From Trichosphaerium sp. ATCC 40318 (Eukaryota; Protista; Tubulinea), in the NCBI GenBank assembly GCA_038496445.1, contig JALMLS010000484.1, forward strand, positions 1 to 64,000: a stretch of 64,000 nucleotides of DNA, given 5' to 3'. This document shows, piece after piece, positions 37,145-50,392 of this stretch (its first letter is position 1; every line of letters begins with the position of its first letter). Made by a program: the position numbers and the translations under genes. The notes under the pieces are model-generated. The model saw only the letters and a list, made by a program, of their open reading frames with translations, was not told the origin of the DNA and did not search any database.

Positions 37145-39109
37145 TCAAGGAAGGACGTTGTAGTATCTCAAGTTATCACTTTGACGGCGACGTCTTGAGC
37201 TAAAACGAGCTGGATCTGGCCTATGTGCATCGTCTACGAGTTGCCCTTTGAGCAAAAACCTCGAAAACATTTCATACGAGTTGAGCGGTTGGAATGTTGG
37301 AGCCTATTGCACAACAATCAGACTAGATAGTTTTAAAAAAATATCTATGGGGTACCTCGTGACCAGCACCCTTTATGGTAGCATAAGTGAAACGCGCAAA
37401 TTCTTCAACATAACCAGCGGTGGCTCCGTTAACGAACCATGGTTGCCAGTTGCTGACACGCGTTTTACCCATTTGGTAAATGCAAGGCATCGTAAAAGCG
37501 AATGGAACAGTCAAAATATCGATATCCCCAGAGTATACAAGAACCTTCATGGAAGGCTTTGCAGCAAAGATTTTATCGTAAAAGTCAAGCATGTTTCTTC
37601 CCTGAAAAAAAAAAAAGAGGAAACGTTAACTCAAACGGACAAAAAAAGGTAAATCGTACTTGGATTGTGTAATTGAGGTTTGTTGTACATTCATCCCAAG
37701 CAATATCGCTCTTGACGTGCAATGCCTTTTTGACATCTGCTCTATTCAAGTAATTCTTGATTCTGTTATCAATAGAGTTGCATTCGCCGGTTTCTGAACT
37801 GTGGTAAAGTAAGCAAGGGTGACACTCAAGAATAAAATCATTTTTGTACCTGAAATCGAGAGATCCGTTTCCGCTGCAGAAGTCGTAGTAGATGCAATCA
37901 GGGTTGAGTGAAGGGAAGTTGTCTCTTTCTACTGAGCGCTTAGTAGGCTGGTTGATGACACCGACCTCAGCTGTGGCTACAGCAAGGATAGCAGGACATG
38001 CTTTATCTTTAGCAAACTTGTTGTTGCAATCATGTGCGGTCCAGTTGGCGTAGTGTCTGTAACTAGCAAGTCCATGCCAGTATAACAAGTTAAATTCTTC
38101 AACACCGAAAGCACCACCAGCAGAGTCAATATTTCCTTGACAATTAAAGACAGGGTTACCAACCTACATGTACACAAACGTTAATGGTTTTTCTTTAAAA
38201 AGAAGTTGTCCGCACCATAAATCCAGCGAGTTGTTTAGCGAGATCAGTGGATGGCTGAGACAAAATAAGAGCGGCAAGTTGTGGAATGTAAACGCCTCCA
38301 TATGATTCAGCAGTCAACCAAGTCTGTTACATAACAATAAGCGAAAAAGACAAAGCACAAAAATGGAAAAAATTTTTGGTACGTACGGATCTACCAACAT
38401 ATTGGGGAAACTCTTTCAAAAAGCCTGGGACCAGTTAGATGTTTTTTCTATAAACGCTTTAAAATCCTTAGAGCACGTGCCACTGAGAAGCGCCAAGTTA
38501 TCACTTGCTGCTTTGTCATCGTTAGTGTTTACATCTGCAGGGTTAGTGTAGTATGAGAATCCAACACCAGCTGGTTGCTAAAGAGAGGTTATTAGGACAC
38601 ACCAAATGTCAAAACCACGAATTCATTACCTCAATAAACAACACATTAGCAACTTGAGTCCATGTCGGAGTTGCGTAGACCACATTACCGGCGCTATCTA
38701 GCGTACAAGTTAATATCAAGCTTTTCTTGTTTAGAGTCGCTCAAATCGCTTACCAATACGCAAAGGCCCATTTTCTGACATCAAACCAGCAAGGCCACTG
38801 CATCCAGGACCACCTGATGACGATTACAAAATGTCGCGGTGTCAGTAGTCTCTCGTACCGTTTGTCCATACAACGAGTGGTGCGTCCTCAGGGTTAACGA
38901 GTGTTTCGACCAACCAGTAGTGCATGAATCTTCCAGTTCCGGGGACTTCAATGTACCCAGAGTACATCGAGAGTGGTGGTCCTGAGTAATCAGGTAGCGA
39001 TTCAACCTACAACGAGTTACTTCGAACTCTAAGCAATTAATAGCGATTTTACCTTTGCACTGAGTACAGTACATACTAGTAATGCGACAAAAACAGCGGA
39101 GCGGAACAT
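37145..39109 (-). CDS. Serine carboxypeptidase (peptidase S10), secreted/lysosomal
   Basis: Signal peptide, GGPGCSG, QPAGVGFSY, AESYGGVYIP, LVYSGDID and TIKGAGHEVP motifs. Confidence 0.93.
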
Positions 39110-39274
39110 TAGCACTGCTTCTTGTTTTTGTTTATGAATTATGTCAGCCGACAATTCCAATTGACTTAAATTAACGAGGATAAGTGGCTCAATACAGAAA
39201 CAACGCTCCAACCGCCAAGCTGTTTATGCTCATAAATGCATAAAGCCAAAGCCCCAACGCCGTATTTGGCGTTC

Positions 39275-42200
39275 ATGGGAACAACCTGGCTTGTATTATT
39301 GCTATTATCAATGTATGCAGTACAAACAAATGCACATAATACAACCGATGAATCAGAATCGGTTTTTAGTTCGTCAATTATAAATAATGGTACCTCCCCA
39401 ATTAGCCTCTAAAGTATCCTAAGCGTATTATAGAATATATTGTGTCGTTTTTTAACTACATGACTAATGACGATCAAAAGGCCATTCTACAGGCCTTATT
39501 ACCTATAAAACGAACGTGGGAACTACTAACACGCAAAACAGCTCTTAAAGGGGTCCCCAGTGACTTTGCATTAATACGCGTACAGCCCATAATCCGTAAT
39601 ACACGTCTAATAATGCGTAGACATTACTAAAGGACGACTCTTCTCTTGTATCGTCATTACGTGGAGATAAACAACACATAAAACGTGTAACGCCACAGCG
39701 ACGGTTCGTTGGGATTCTATCTGGAACACCTGAGGATTCATTTGATCCATTCTCGGACCTTATGTCCGTCGTGAAGGAAAAGACGCAAAATGGAAGGCAT
39801 GGACATAAATTTTTCATTCCCCAAAATTTTTCTTTTGAAAAAAGCGTGGATCTTCAGCTAAATATTGTTTGTGCAGATATTTCAGATTTCCTGATGGATA
39901 CTTTATAAATGCGACATCTCTCAATACTGGCAGACGCTTGCATAACGATCAGAGTATTCCAGATCGCTTTAATGCACATATGCTTTGGGAAAAAGGCTAT
40001 ACTGGTCGAGGTAAAAACAAAACTTTTTTTGTGATTTTACGTCGTTTCGGTTTTTTGTGAAAAATCTTTGAACGGTTTTTCTCGATACTCACGCCAATAT
40101 TTTGTGCAGGTGTTAAAGTAGCTGTATTCGATACTGGTATACGGGCAAACCATCCACACTTGAAGAACGTGGTAGAACGTACAAACTGGACAGATGAGAG
40201 CGAGTTGGATGACAAACTCGGACATGGCTCGTGCGTCACAGGGGTATGTTAACCGCTTGTATGGCCCACATATTTGCTTACAATATTTGTAGTTAATTGC
40301 TAGTAAAGATACACAATGCAAGGGATTCGCACCGGATGTTGAGATATATAGCTTTCGCGTCTTTACCGAGAAGAAAGGTGAGCTTCGAGAAATTTATATA
40401 AATTTTTTGTAGTATCCATTTTGCTTACATCATACATAGTGTCCTTCACGTCCTGGTTTCTAGACGCGTTTAATTACGCAATACATAAGAAAATTAATAT
40501 CCTAAATCTGAGTATTGGTGGTCCTGATTTTATGGACGAACCTTTCGTCGACAAGGTATGGGAGATGAGCGGTAACAATATTATTGTTGTATCTGCTATT
40601 GGCAATGATGGTCCTCTCTACGGGTAAGTTGCTCTTTGTGTGTAGTATGTAGTGGCTGGGTAATTAACTGTTGTATCAGGACATTGAACAACCCAGCAGA
40701 TCAAATGGATGTGATTGGTGTTGGTGGAGTAACCTTTGAAAGTAAGTGGTTGCACATCCTACGAATTTTTTTTAAATTTCGCCTTAGACAACCTTGCAAA
40801 ATTCTCTAGTCGTGGTATGACCACTTGGGAACTACCTGGAGGATATGGTCGCATTAAACCAGATATCCTCGCTTACGGTAAGTTTTGTCGTATTTGGTGG
40901 ACTGTGAACCTAATTCTTGTTTTGTAGGAAAGGATGTCATCGGTTCTGGTATTAATGGTGGCTGTCAAGTACTCTCCGGTACTTCTGTTGCATCACCTGT
41001 AGTAGCTGGTGCAGTGGCTCTTTTATCTTCAACAATTGAAGAAAAGAGGCGTTGGCAGGTATGCTTTTGTTCAGCGGCTGCTATTTTTTTTTCGTTTTCT
41101 CACATTTTAAATAGATTGTAAACCCAGCTTCAATCAAACAAGTCCTTCTCGAAAGCGCACATATTCTACCTGGATTAAATGTGTTCGAGCAAGGCATGGG
41201 TAAGATGGATCTTATTGGCGCCTACAAAGCGTTACAGGCATGTTTTCGCCCATCACTACAACTTCCTTTTGTTTACTTGACTCTAGGAGTACTCACCACG
41301 TGCAAGTTTTGCACCAGCTACACTTGATCTCACGTCGTGTCCTTACATGTGGCCATTCTGCTCTCAACCGCTTTACCACGGTCAGATGCCTTTAATCGTG
41401 AATGTGACGATACTCAACGGTATGAGTGCACAAGGTGAAATCCTTGGAGCGCCGCGTTGGATCACAATGCCTGACATGAACGTATTGGAAGTTCACTTTG
41501 ATTACCCTGATACACTATGGCCTTGGACTGGCGCGCTTGGCATTAAGCTAAAGGTTATGGACAATAAAGCCGACTGGATTGGTACCGTTGAGGGAAAGGT
41601 CGAGGTAGACATTAGGTACCTGAACTCATTTTTGTTGGGTTTTGATAGTGTATTGACGCAATTATTAGGAGTCCTCCTTTGCCGGGATCTTCGGACTTTC
41701 GTACAACAACGATCAGTCTCCCCATCAAGGTGAACGTGACAGCAACACCTCCTCGTGAGAAGCGCATTCTGTGGGATCAATATCATAATCTACACTATCC
41801 TGGCGGTTACTTTCCAAGAGATGCCTTGTGGTGGACCCAAGAACCTTTTGATTGGAACGGTGATCACGTGCACACTAACTTCAGAAAGCTGTATAACTTT
41901 TTAAGAGAGCAAGGTACGCTTGTGACGACCATACTTGGCGAGCAATATCGCATGAATGTATAGCTTGGTTAGTACTTACTTTGATTTGTTTTAGGATACT
42001 TTGTTGAGGTTTTGGGTCAACCGTACACTTGCTTTGATGCCTCACAGTATGGCACACTGCTCATTGTTGATCCTGAAGAGGAGTTCTTTCCAAGCGAGAT
42101 TGATGCTTTGAAGAAATACGTCGATGAAGGCCTTAGTGTTATGCTCTTTGCCGACTGGTACAGTGAAGAAGTTATAGAGACTATAAAGTTCTACGATGAA

Positions 42201-43259
42201 AATACAAAACAATGGTGGACACCAGTAACAGGGTATGCCCTATCCCAAGTTTACGTCTCATATTTTTGTGTTTATAAACAATTTGTAGGGGCGCTAATGT
42301 ACCGGCTGTAAATGACCTTCTGAAGCCTTGGGATATTGCCTTTGGCAACCAAGTCTATGATGGTGACTTCCGCATCACTTCTCACAAGGCACACGTACGT
42401 GTGAACGTTTTATTGAACTCAACAATAAGTTGAGAAAAGGGCGACATGTTTGATTAACTCAATTTGTATTAGTTTGCATCAGGTGTAGCTATCGCACGAT
42501 TTCCACGTGGAGGAACCCTCATACCGTTTGAGTTCACTAATCAAGGCGAAAAGTTGACAAAATCTAATACAGTAAAACAGACTGTGCCTGTCATCGGTTT
42601 TTACAACCCAGGAGAAGCTGCAGGAAAAGATCCAACGGTACTACTTTTTTATTTTGTTTACAAAAGACTCTCTGACAGTGTTAAGGGTACTATTGCTATC
42701 TTTGGTGATTCTAGTTGTTTGGACGAAGCTTGTAATCGCAGGGAAGAACGAGACTGCTATTGGCTCATTCGTGAGATGCTCAAGTACGATATTTTGGGTT
42801 GAATCGCCTTTATCATTAACCATTCCACGCAGGGTGACAGCACAGAGACGCAAATCAGATTTCTTTAGCGCTTTCTTTAACGAACCGCTTATTAAGAAGT
42901 ACAAGTCTAAAATGTTGGAGCTGCCTGTCCGTGTTAAAGACAATAACCTTGCCAAGTACTCTAAAGTATTGGGTCACACGCTGTCATGTTCAACACACGA
43001 GTACAAGCGATTTGATCAGTCACAACAGCAACAACTAGACTTTGAATGGCCGGACTACCAAGCACAAAGCGCCAAGCATGCCAATGTGTTCCGTCAAGGC
43101 GCAGCGCCTTTGCCTAGCGTAGGACACGGTTGGTCATTTTTTCTTGGGTTGTTGACTGGCGCAGTTGTGTTCACATTATGCCTTGGCTTCTTGTATGTCA
43201 AATACAAAAACAACAAGAAAACGGGTACAACATATAGGGACATACGCGTAACGCTTTAA
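39275..43259 (+). CDS. MBTPS1: Site-1 protease / SKI-1 subtilase
   Basis: Signal peptide, [48 protein letters not shown] and DWNGDH motifs; C-terminal TM and basic tail. Confidence 0.95.
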
Positions 43260-43452
43260 AAAAAAAAGAAAAAAAGGGAATACTCATAAAGCTTGTAAAT
43301 TTTGTACAGTAACACAACACACAAAACCAAAAACAAAAACAATAAAAAAAAAAGTCAAAATAAGTAAAAAAATAAATTATGAACAAAAGACACTGTTTTT
43401 TGGTTGAAAATTGTTTGGGGTCGTTTTTTATTTACTGCGGCTTCCACGTCCT

Positions 43453-43878
43453 TTAAATAAAGTCGTAGTAGATATCACAGTGCTTGTAGCTTAGTTTACC
43501 GTCTTCTTCTTCGAGCTTTGCAACAACGTAATCGGCGGTGGCAATATCACCTGCTTTGTACTGGTAGATGGTGTACTTCAATGTCATGGTTTCTTCACAG
43601 AAGTCCATATCACCAAGAATGTATTTGCCCTCTACGTATATTGCTCTTGTTTTCTCGTCTACGGTAGCGGCCCACTCTTCAAGGCTTTTGAATTCGTGTT
43701 TGGAAGATGCGTTTATGTAAAAGGTGAAGGTGTGTTCCTTTGTGTAAAGAAAGTGAAGCGCTTCCAACAAAGCATCGAAAGTCTTTGCTCTTGAAGCCAT
43801 TAGAGCGTATTCGCGCACACCGAGAACTACGCGCTCGCGTAATGTTGTAGGGATTGGTTTAAAGCTTTCAGTGGACAT
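43453..43878 (-). CDS. Intronless 141-aa hypothetical protein (alpha+beta, possibly NTF2/SnoaL-like)
   Basis: Clean ATG-to-stop ORF with coding-like composition; fold suggestion is weak. Confidence 0.6.
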   Translation of the reverse strand: MSTESFKPIPTTLRERVVLGVREYALMASRAKTFDALLEALHFLYTKEHTFTFYINASSKHEFKSLEEWAATVDEKTRAIYVEGKYILGDMDFCEETMTLKYTIYQYKAGDIATADYVVAKLEEEDGKLSYKHCDIYYDFI

Positions 43879-44379
43879 GAGGTGTTGCTGATGTGTATGT
43901 TTTGAGGTTTTGTGATTTTATTAAACCTTATTTGCGCAAGTATTCAAGAACTGTTCCTAAATCTGGACGTTGGCGCTCTATTTCGTACAACTTGTTGGTG
44001 CGGTTGGTAGGCGCCTAAGAGTAAAACGAAAAAAAAAAGTAGAGAAAAGGAGAATGCGGCACTTCCGTATTTTAATTCGGGTGTGCGGCCAATATCGCCA
44101 ATCACCTTGGAATAGGGCTCCCAATTGCCTAATGCTTCGTTTTATACATACGAGAGACTCCTACAATGTCCGAGAAAAGGGTAGTTCTGGAACGAAGATT
44201 TATTTCCCATAAAAAGAATATCATTGTACAAAAAAGACGAAAAAGTGTTCTTTTTCAAGAAGGTGCATGTATTGATCCCGAATGTTCAATAACTTTTTCC
44301 ATAAATTTGAGTATCTTAACGACTTGTGTAACCACAATAACATGCCATCAATGTTTTTTGTTGAGTACTTAGGTGTTAA

Positions 44380-45991
44380 CTATAGTGTACCCCAAGTCTT
44401 ATTGTAATAGGCCAATGATATCCTTGCAAGTTCCTTGACACATTCCTCGACTACAAAATGAATAAGCGAATAGCGGATAACATACTAACTACCGTGACTT
44501 TGTACGTACCACCTTGTCCTGTCAAAGTACTAATTTCCATATAAGTGTGTTCACCTGCTGCTTTCTTAGCTTCTTCGTAGGTTACCTACAGATTACATCA
44601 TGAAAACGCCTTTTCCCAACAATCCAATTTTTTTTTTGACCAGATTTTTCAAATGGGCTGTACCTGTCTGTCTTCCTTGTCTATCATGTTACCAACCAGC
44701 ATGTAGTCTGAGCGCATACCAGTAATTGTTATTGCAAGCTCAAAACTTTCTCGATCTGTTACGTCGAACATGAGGATAACGCCATGTCCTGATCGAAGAT
44801 AGCCATTAGCCATACGCTTTTGATAGGTTAGCACCACGCCATTATACTAAGATTGCGTACACCATATATAGCGTAACTACCGGTATGAAACATGTTCAGT
44901 TTTACGGCTTGTTTAACGTCCTCAAGTAACACAGTATGTGAAACCTAAAAAACCCAACAAGTCAGACTCTGTGTATGACACCTATACAAGTACTTACAAA
45001 ATCCAACCCAATCGTTCGTATGTACTCTGTTAGAGGCACTTTGTATCTGCAGTAATGACAGAATGAGGTCTTTCCTGTCATGTTGGTTAAAAGTGAGATG
45101 AGTTTTTACCAAAAATTGTTGACAAGGTGATTGCGTACCGACTCCAGCGGCTCCAGTGATCGTCGTTTGAAACACGTGGTCTAAAACATTTCCACCTTTG
45201 TTCTGTTAGAATTGATCCATGTTTATTTTTACATACCAACCGAACGTGCCCAAGCCATTTGATCAATCCATGGCATGTCATTGTTAATACTTTGTAAAAC
45301 GAATGTGCCATCTCCTTCTTTAACAGAAAGCTTAAAAGTCTGGTCTATTCTCGCGAAACTAACAATATTAGGCGATGAATAAGATACTCCATTCATACCT
45401 GATTGGTGGTATCCGAAAGGTATACAGCACAGTGCGCTAGAAGGAAATATTAAACGTCTCTCATTGTCATTTTTTCAGTGAACTTACTTTTTTTTCGGAA
45501 GCATAGACAGTCAATTGCTTACTATTGACGCTAGCAAAAACAGGTTCATCACGCTTGAATGCTGTAGGCTGAGGTGAAGTGTAAATAGAGGTAGAAAACG
45601 AAAGAGATGTAATTCAATTGCAAGACGAACGTACATCTTGTCGTCGAAATAACGTGGACACAATATTTCGAACTAAAAATAAAAGCAAATTAGATCTTAG
45701 AATTTCTTCAACGTAAGGCTACAAAAAGCTTACAAAAGGTTTGTTGGGTCCTTGCATGAGATAACGTGAACAACCCAGAGCATTTCTCCGCAATAATCGG
45801 TGCTGTTAACCCCTAGCGTTAATTAATTCGCTCATTGTATCGAATACGTTGCTACGACGCCATACCACAAGCACCGGTATACCACTGACGTAATTACACC
45901 ATTTAACACACGTTCTGCGCGCAATAACAATATATACGGGTTCTAGAAACTGTAAAATATTCGAAACGAGCTCTGGAGCTAAGGACTCCAT
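44380..45991 (-). CDS. F-box protein fused to a degenerate Rab-like GTPase domain
   Basis: N-terminal F-box LAPELVSNILQFL...RRTCVKW; spliced GAAGVGKT, TIGLDF, FHTGSY (G3 position), VILMFDVTDRESF, VGNMID and MEISTLTGQG. Confidence 0.75.
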
Positions 45992-46111
45992 GTTTGCAGG
46001 GTTTTACTTTCCTTTTGAAAAAATGATGGATTTTCGCCAGTTTTCAGATAAATCGGCCAAAAAACAAGTCAAAGACAACCACTTTTTACAAAAAATGGGG
46101 AAACTAGCATG

Positions 46112-48876
46112 CTAGAGGTCTATATTTACAAGAACATACTGTGTTTTTTTATGTGATTGTTCTGTTGCAGTGGGCGGGATGCATTTTCTTTCAAGTGCCT
46201 CCTGGTCACTCTCGCATGATGAAAAACTTGTGGACTGACGCGCCCACGACGGCGACTCGTCAACGAAATTAAATACAGTTTTGTGGGATGGCTCTATTTC
46301 AAACTAAAGAAGGAAAAAACGTCAAAAAGGATTCATTTCTAAAAGGGGAAAATCCGCATAAAGCAAAAAAAAAAAACAAAAAAAATGTTACAAATCAACA
46401 ACTAACCTTTTTGGAGTCTTTAACGAGCTGGAAAAATTCGTCTCTCGTCTTACAAAGAAAGGCAACAGCAAGAGATGGATCAATTTGATCAATAGGCATC
46501 ACTTGAGGCACCTTACAATGGTACGACTAAAAGCAAAAAGTGAGTCTACGTTGAAAAAGAAAGTCAAGTTGAACTTTTTTTTTTTGTTTTGACGTACTCT
46601 CAGGTGTTCCATGGATATTTTCTGTCCTAACTTGGCGGCTGGTTGTACAAAGTGAGGATCAAGGTATATCAAAGAAGAGTCTTGATATCCAACAAAATAC
46701 AGGCTCGCTTTCGGCTTACCACCAATGATGCCTAAGGTGGTTTCATGTCGTAGCATGAACTTTATGTGATTGATGTAAATCTTATTCAACGAATTAATAC
46801 CAACGCGAATTGGTATGATAATCAAGATCGGTCTCCATGTTGGTCCAGTGTACTTGCTACTACCACTACCACTGCCACTTGAATCTTCTTCCGCGTCAGG
46901 CGGGAACTCTTCCTTGTCTTTCTTATCGACAGACGAACTCTTGTCAGACTTGTCAGATGGAGTAGATGGTTTTGATGGAGGGGTAATAGTAGCTAACTCT
47001 AACACCTGAAAAAAAAAGAAGGAATGTAAATATACAGTATTGAATTAACACTGTCAAAAAAAGAACCTGGTCTATGTATACAACACCATCTCGAGCCACG
47101 TGCGTCACTAGAGAACATGATTCGTGCTTATTAGAGAGTTGCCTATTGCGTACTTGTGAGACAAGAGACAACTGGTACAATAAATATGGAAGAATATGAG
47201 AACGTACTGCAAGACAATGGATATTGAAGTAGGCGCAAACCATTCACCAACACGCTCCTTGCTACCCTTGCCATTGATGATGACATTTTGTTGCATTATA
47301 TTATGTATAGAATAAGGATAATCAGGCCCAGGAGCATCCGCGAACCAACGTAATATTTGTCTATAAGGGGAGTGTGGGAATAACATGTCTTGGTTTGGAA
47401 TCAAGCCGTCTGTTGAAACAAAAATAGTCAGTTAGATCGTAGATAGAGGTCGAACAAAATGACTGCTAATCGTGCCTGGGTACCGCAACGCAATAAATGC
47501 CCTAGCTAGTAACATTTGCCCGGTACGTAACATACATCCCCAGCCTGGATAAAGAAGTTAATGACAACTATTTGACGCGGAGAACAATTAAGAAAAAAAA
47601 AAAACAAAAAAGGAATCAACCAATTTTATGGCACACCACATACCAACGTCACTCCCAACACTATAAGGTTTAATCATTGGGAAATCCTTTCTATAAGTGA
47701 ACCACAGCAAGTGCCCAAAATCACGCATAAACCGAGAAGCATGAGGGTACTTTTGAGAAGACTTCTTCTACAACATAAATTAACCAAAAAAAAGGGATAA
47801 CGCCAAAACGAGAAAAGCCGGTCTGACTGTTTTGCAGTGTAATAAAAAAAGAAAAAAAACAAAGAATATACAATCCAAGCTTATACAGACTAAAAAGAGG
47901 GTATTGAGGTGATAATTTAAAAAAAGTGATTTGTGCTTTCTTGTCTTTTTGGGTTGTCAACAAAAAAAAAAAATTATTTTATTGAAATCCTCTTCAAGGT
48001 GATACTGCTCATTTCTAAATAATGGCATACCACTATAAACGTACCTTTGCATTAGAGTTCTCTGTAGCGCGCGCCAAGCGCGCTTTGGATATACCATAAT
48101 GATTATCTTGAAGCATCTTTGCCAGTGCCTCTGGTGGCATTTCTGCTAGACGCGCTTTTTCCATCTAGAAAGTCGGTTGAGGCCGTTGTAGAAAAAAAAA
48201 AAACGAAACCAAAGGTAGAGTTACTGTTTTTGCTGGCTGCCTTTATATTAATTTTTTGGGTAATTTTGTTGGGTTTTTATTGAATTTTTTCACGCTGGGC
48301 GTAGTAATAAATGTCAAACGGGAGCGTACCTGGACATCGTCTAGGCTTCTCCTCTCGCCTTTGTGTCGGCGAAAAATGCCAGTGCGCTTGTTACCAGGGA
48401 GGGATTTCTCTTGCAATAAAGAGTATTCTACGCCCAAAAAGAATATTGGACTACTTGAAAAGCGAGGCGGGTCAGATGGAACTTTCGCGCTATTAGTAGT
48501 GCAACAGACGCATGTAAACTACAAAATACGTGTTGTTGATTTGTTTAAACTAAACCTACATTTTCACGCAAGGTTTTCAGCAAAGCGAGTTTTGGACGTA
48601 CAAGGCCTAGCCCAATTGTAAAAAGAGCTAACCATCTTATTTTTGCCGTTAATGTAAATATTGTATAAGCTTCTGTTTTTTTCTTTTGATTGGCTCTTTG
48701 GTTGTTGTGGAGGCTCTACCGCCGGTGTAGGTGAAGGTTCGCTGTCTGAGGCCAAATCCTCCCAATCGCCTGTGCTATCTTCTTCATTATTGGCACTTAG
48801 CAGTTTTGCTGCGTTATCTAATTGTCTGTGAGAGGTAAATTCCAATACGCGTGAGCGCACGTTCTCGCTCGCTCAT
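46112..48876 (-). CDS. ATG4: Cysteine protease ATG4
   Basis: WFTYRKDF, SDVGWGCMLRTGQMLLA (catalytic Cys), GIIGGKP, YLDPH (Asp/His), DPSLAVAF and a C-terminal LIR-like YVLV. Confidence 0.93.
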
Positions 48877-49243
48877 TGGCAAAAAACAACACCCCTATGG
48901 CACGGTGTCATAGGTAGTTAGTCACAGGTGCCGACAGGCTGAATCGTGGGCCTTTTACTAAAATACAAAAAACGATGAAATTTCTGACTGGCTGCTAAGC
49001 TACTTACACCGTTCAGGCTGTTATACATTGACCTTCCGTTGGTAAACACTAGCTACACTACGCTCAACAATGTCTTTTAGGAACTAAGCGCAATGTTTTT
49101 AAAAAACGTTTTTTTTTGATGGCAGATAGCTATAAACGTGCTACAACCATAAACGCTGTGTACCAATAGGGTACAACGACTTAATTGGCGTTGTGTTTTA
49201 AGTTATTTACTCAGTAACCAACACAGAGCAAACCACCCTTCAA

Positions 49244-50073
49244 ATGACTACTAAATTCGAGAACAACAAGCACTACGTCGTACGTTAACGACTTGGTTCG
49301 CCCAAAAAGAAGACTAACTTTGGCACTAGGAGAAATACACTGGTAAAACCGACGTTGTCGTTGAGGTAAAAGACTTCAAGGAATCCGTCTACGTTTCCAA
49401 GGTACTTTTAGCGATCTGACACCAAGATCTAACAATTTCTCCAGTGCAAGAACAGCGCCGTTACCGTCAAAGGAAAGTGCAACGCTGTTGTAGTTGGTAC
49501 GTTACGCGTTTGTTGTCACTGTTTTAACGCGAGACAGAGGGTTGTGAGGGTTCCGGAGTGATCTTTGACGACGTCGTCGCCACTGTTGATGTTATCAACT
49601 GTAAGAAGGTCCAAATCCAAGCCAACGGCAAAATCCCTAGTTTGAACGTTGATAAGACAGAGGGCGCCACTCTTTACATCCAAACCGAAGATGGCAAAAA
49701 GGTAAGCGCTCGTAAAGCGAGGTGGTTAACTCACAAGTTTTTTTTGCACCTTTTTTTATAGTTTTTACTAACTTTCGCTGTAGGTTACCATTGTCACTTC
49801 CCTCTCCTCCCAAGTCAATGGTACGACAATATTTACTTCATTTAGTAACGTTCTGACGCTTCTTTAGTTGTCACCCCAGCTAAGGATGACAAATCTGACC
49901 CAAAGGAACAAGCTATCGCCGAGCAGGTAATTATTACTTCATTTTTAAGGATTTTTTTTTTCATTAGGTTCTGTACCGCAACAAAAATGTCTCACAGTCT
50001 TTTTTAGTTCATCAGCACATTCACCGCTGAAGGTCTCATCAAGACCGCCCCTGCTGAGCACATTGGCGTATAA
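49244..50073 (+). CDS. Stand-alone C-CAP (cyclase-associated protein C-terminal CARP domain)
   Basis: Spliced MTTKFENNKHYVEKY...VKGKCNAV...IFDDVVATVDVINCKKVQIQANGKIPSLNVDKTEG...EQAIAEQF...EHIGV; no N-CAP or WH2 region. Confidence 0.85.
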
Positions 50074-50392
50074 ATGTACCACATTTCAATCATTACAATA
50101 AAAGGCTACATTGCATAAAACTACTGTCTAAAATGATAAAAGAATGCGAGAAATTCGCTATCGGCGTAGTTTGGTGCACAAAACTAACGTTAAAAAGTTT
50201 GTGAAGTAAAAGTATAAAAACTGCGTGCTAACACCAACCCAGTAACGTTGCTAGTGGAGTAAGACACTATTTTCTATTGCTAGTAAATCGCTTGATTAAA
50301 ATACGCTGATGGCGTTTTTGAAGTCGCCAGCAGTTCAATCAAATGTTGAAACCAAATAAATGGCTTGACTGTGTTACATCAACATTTCGGAA

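Noticed and set aside
35689-43259. Functional link between site-1 protease and the nearby SPT23/MGA2-like factor
   Set aside because: The factor has no TM segment to be cleaved, and Spt23/Mga2 are processed by the proteasome, not S1P; proximity is likely chance.
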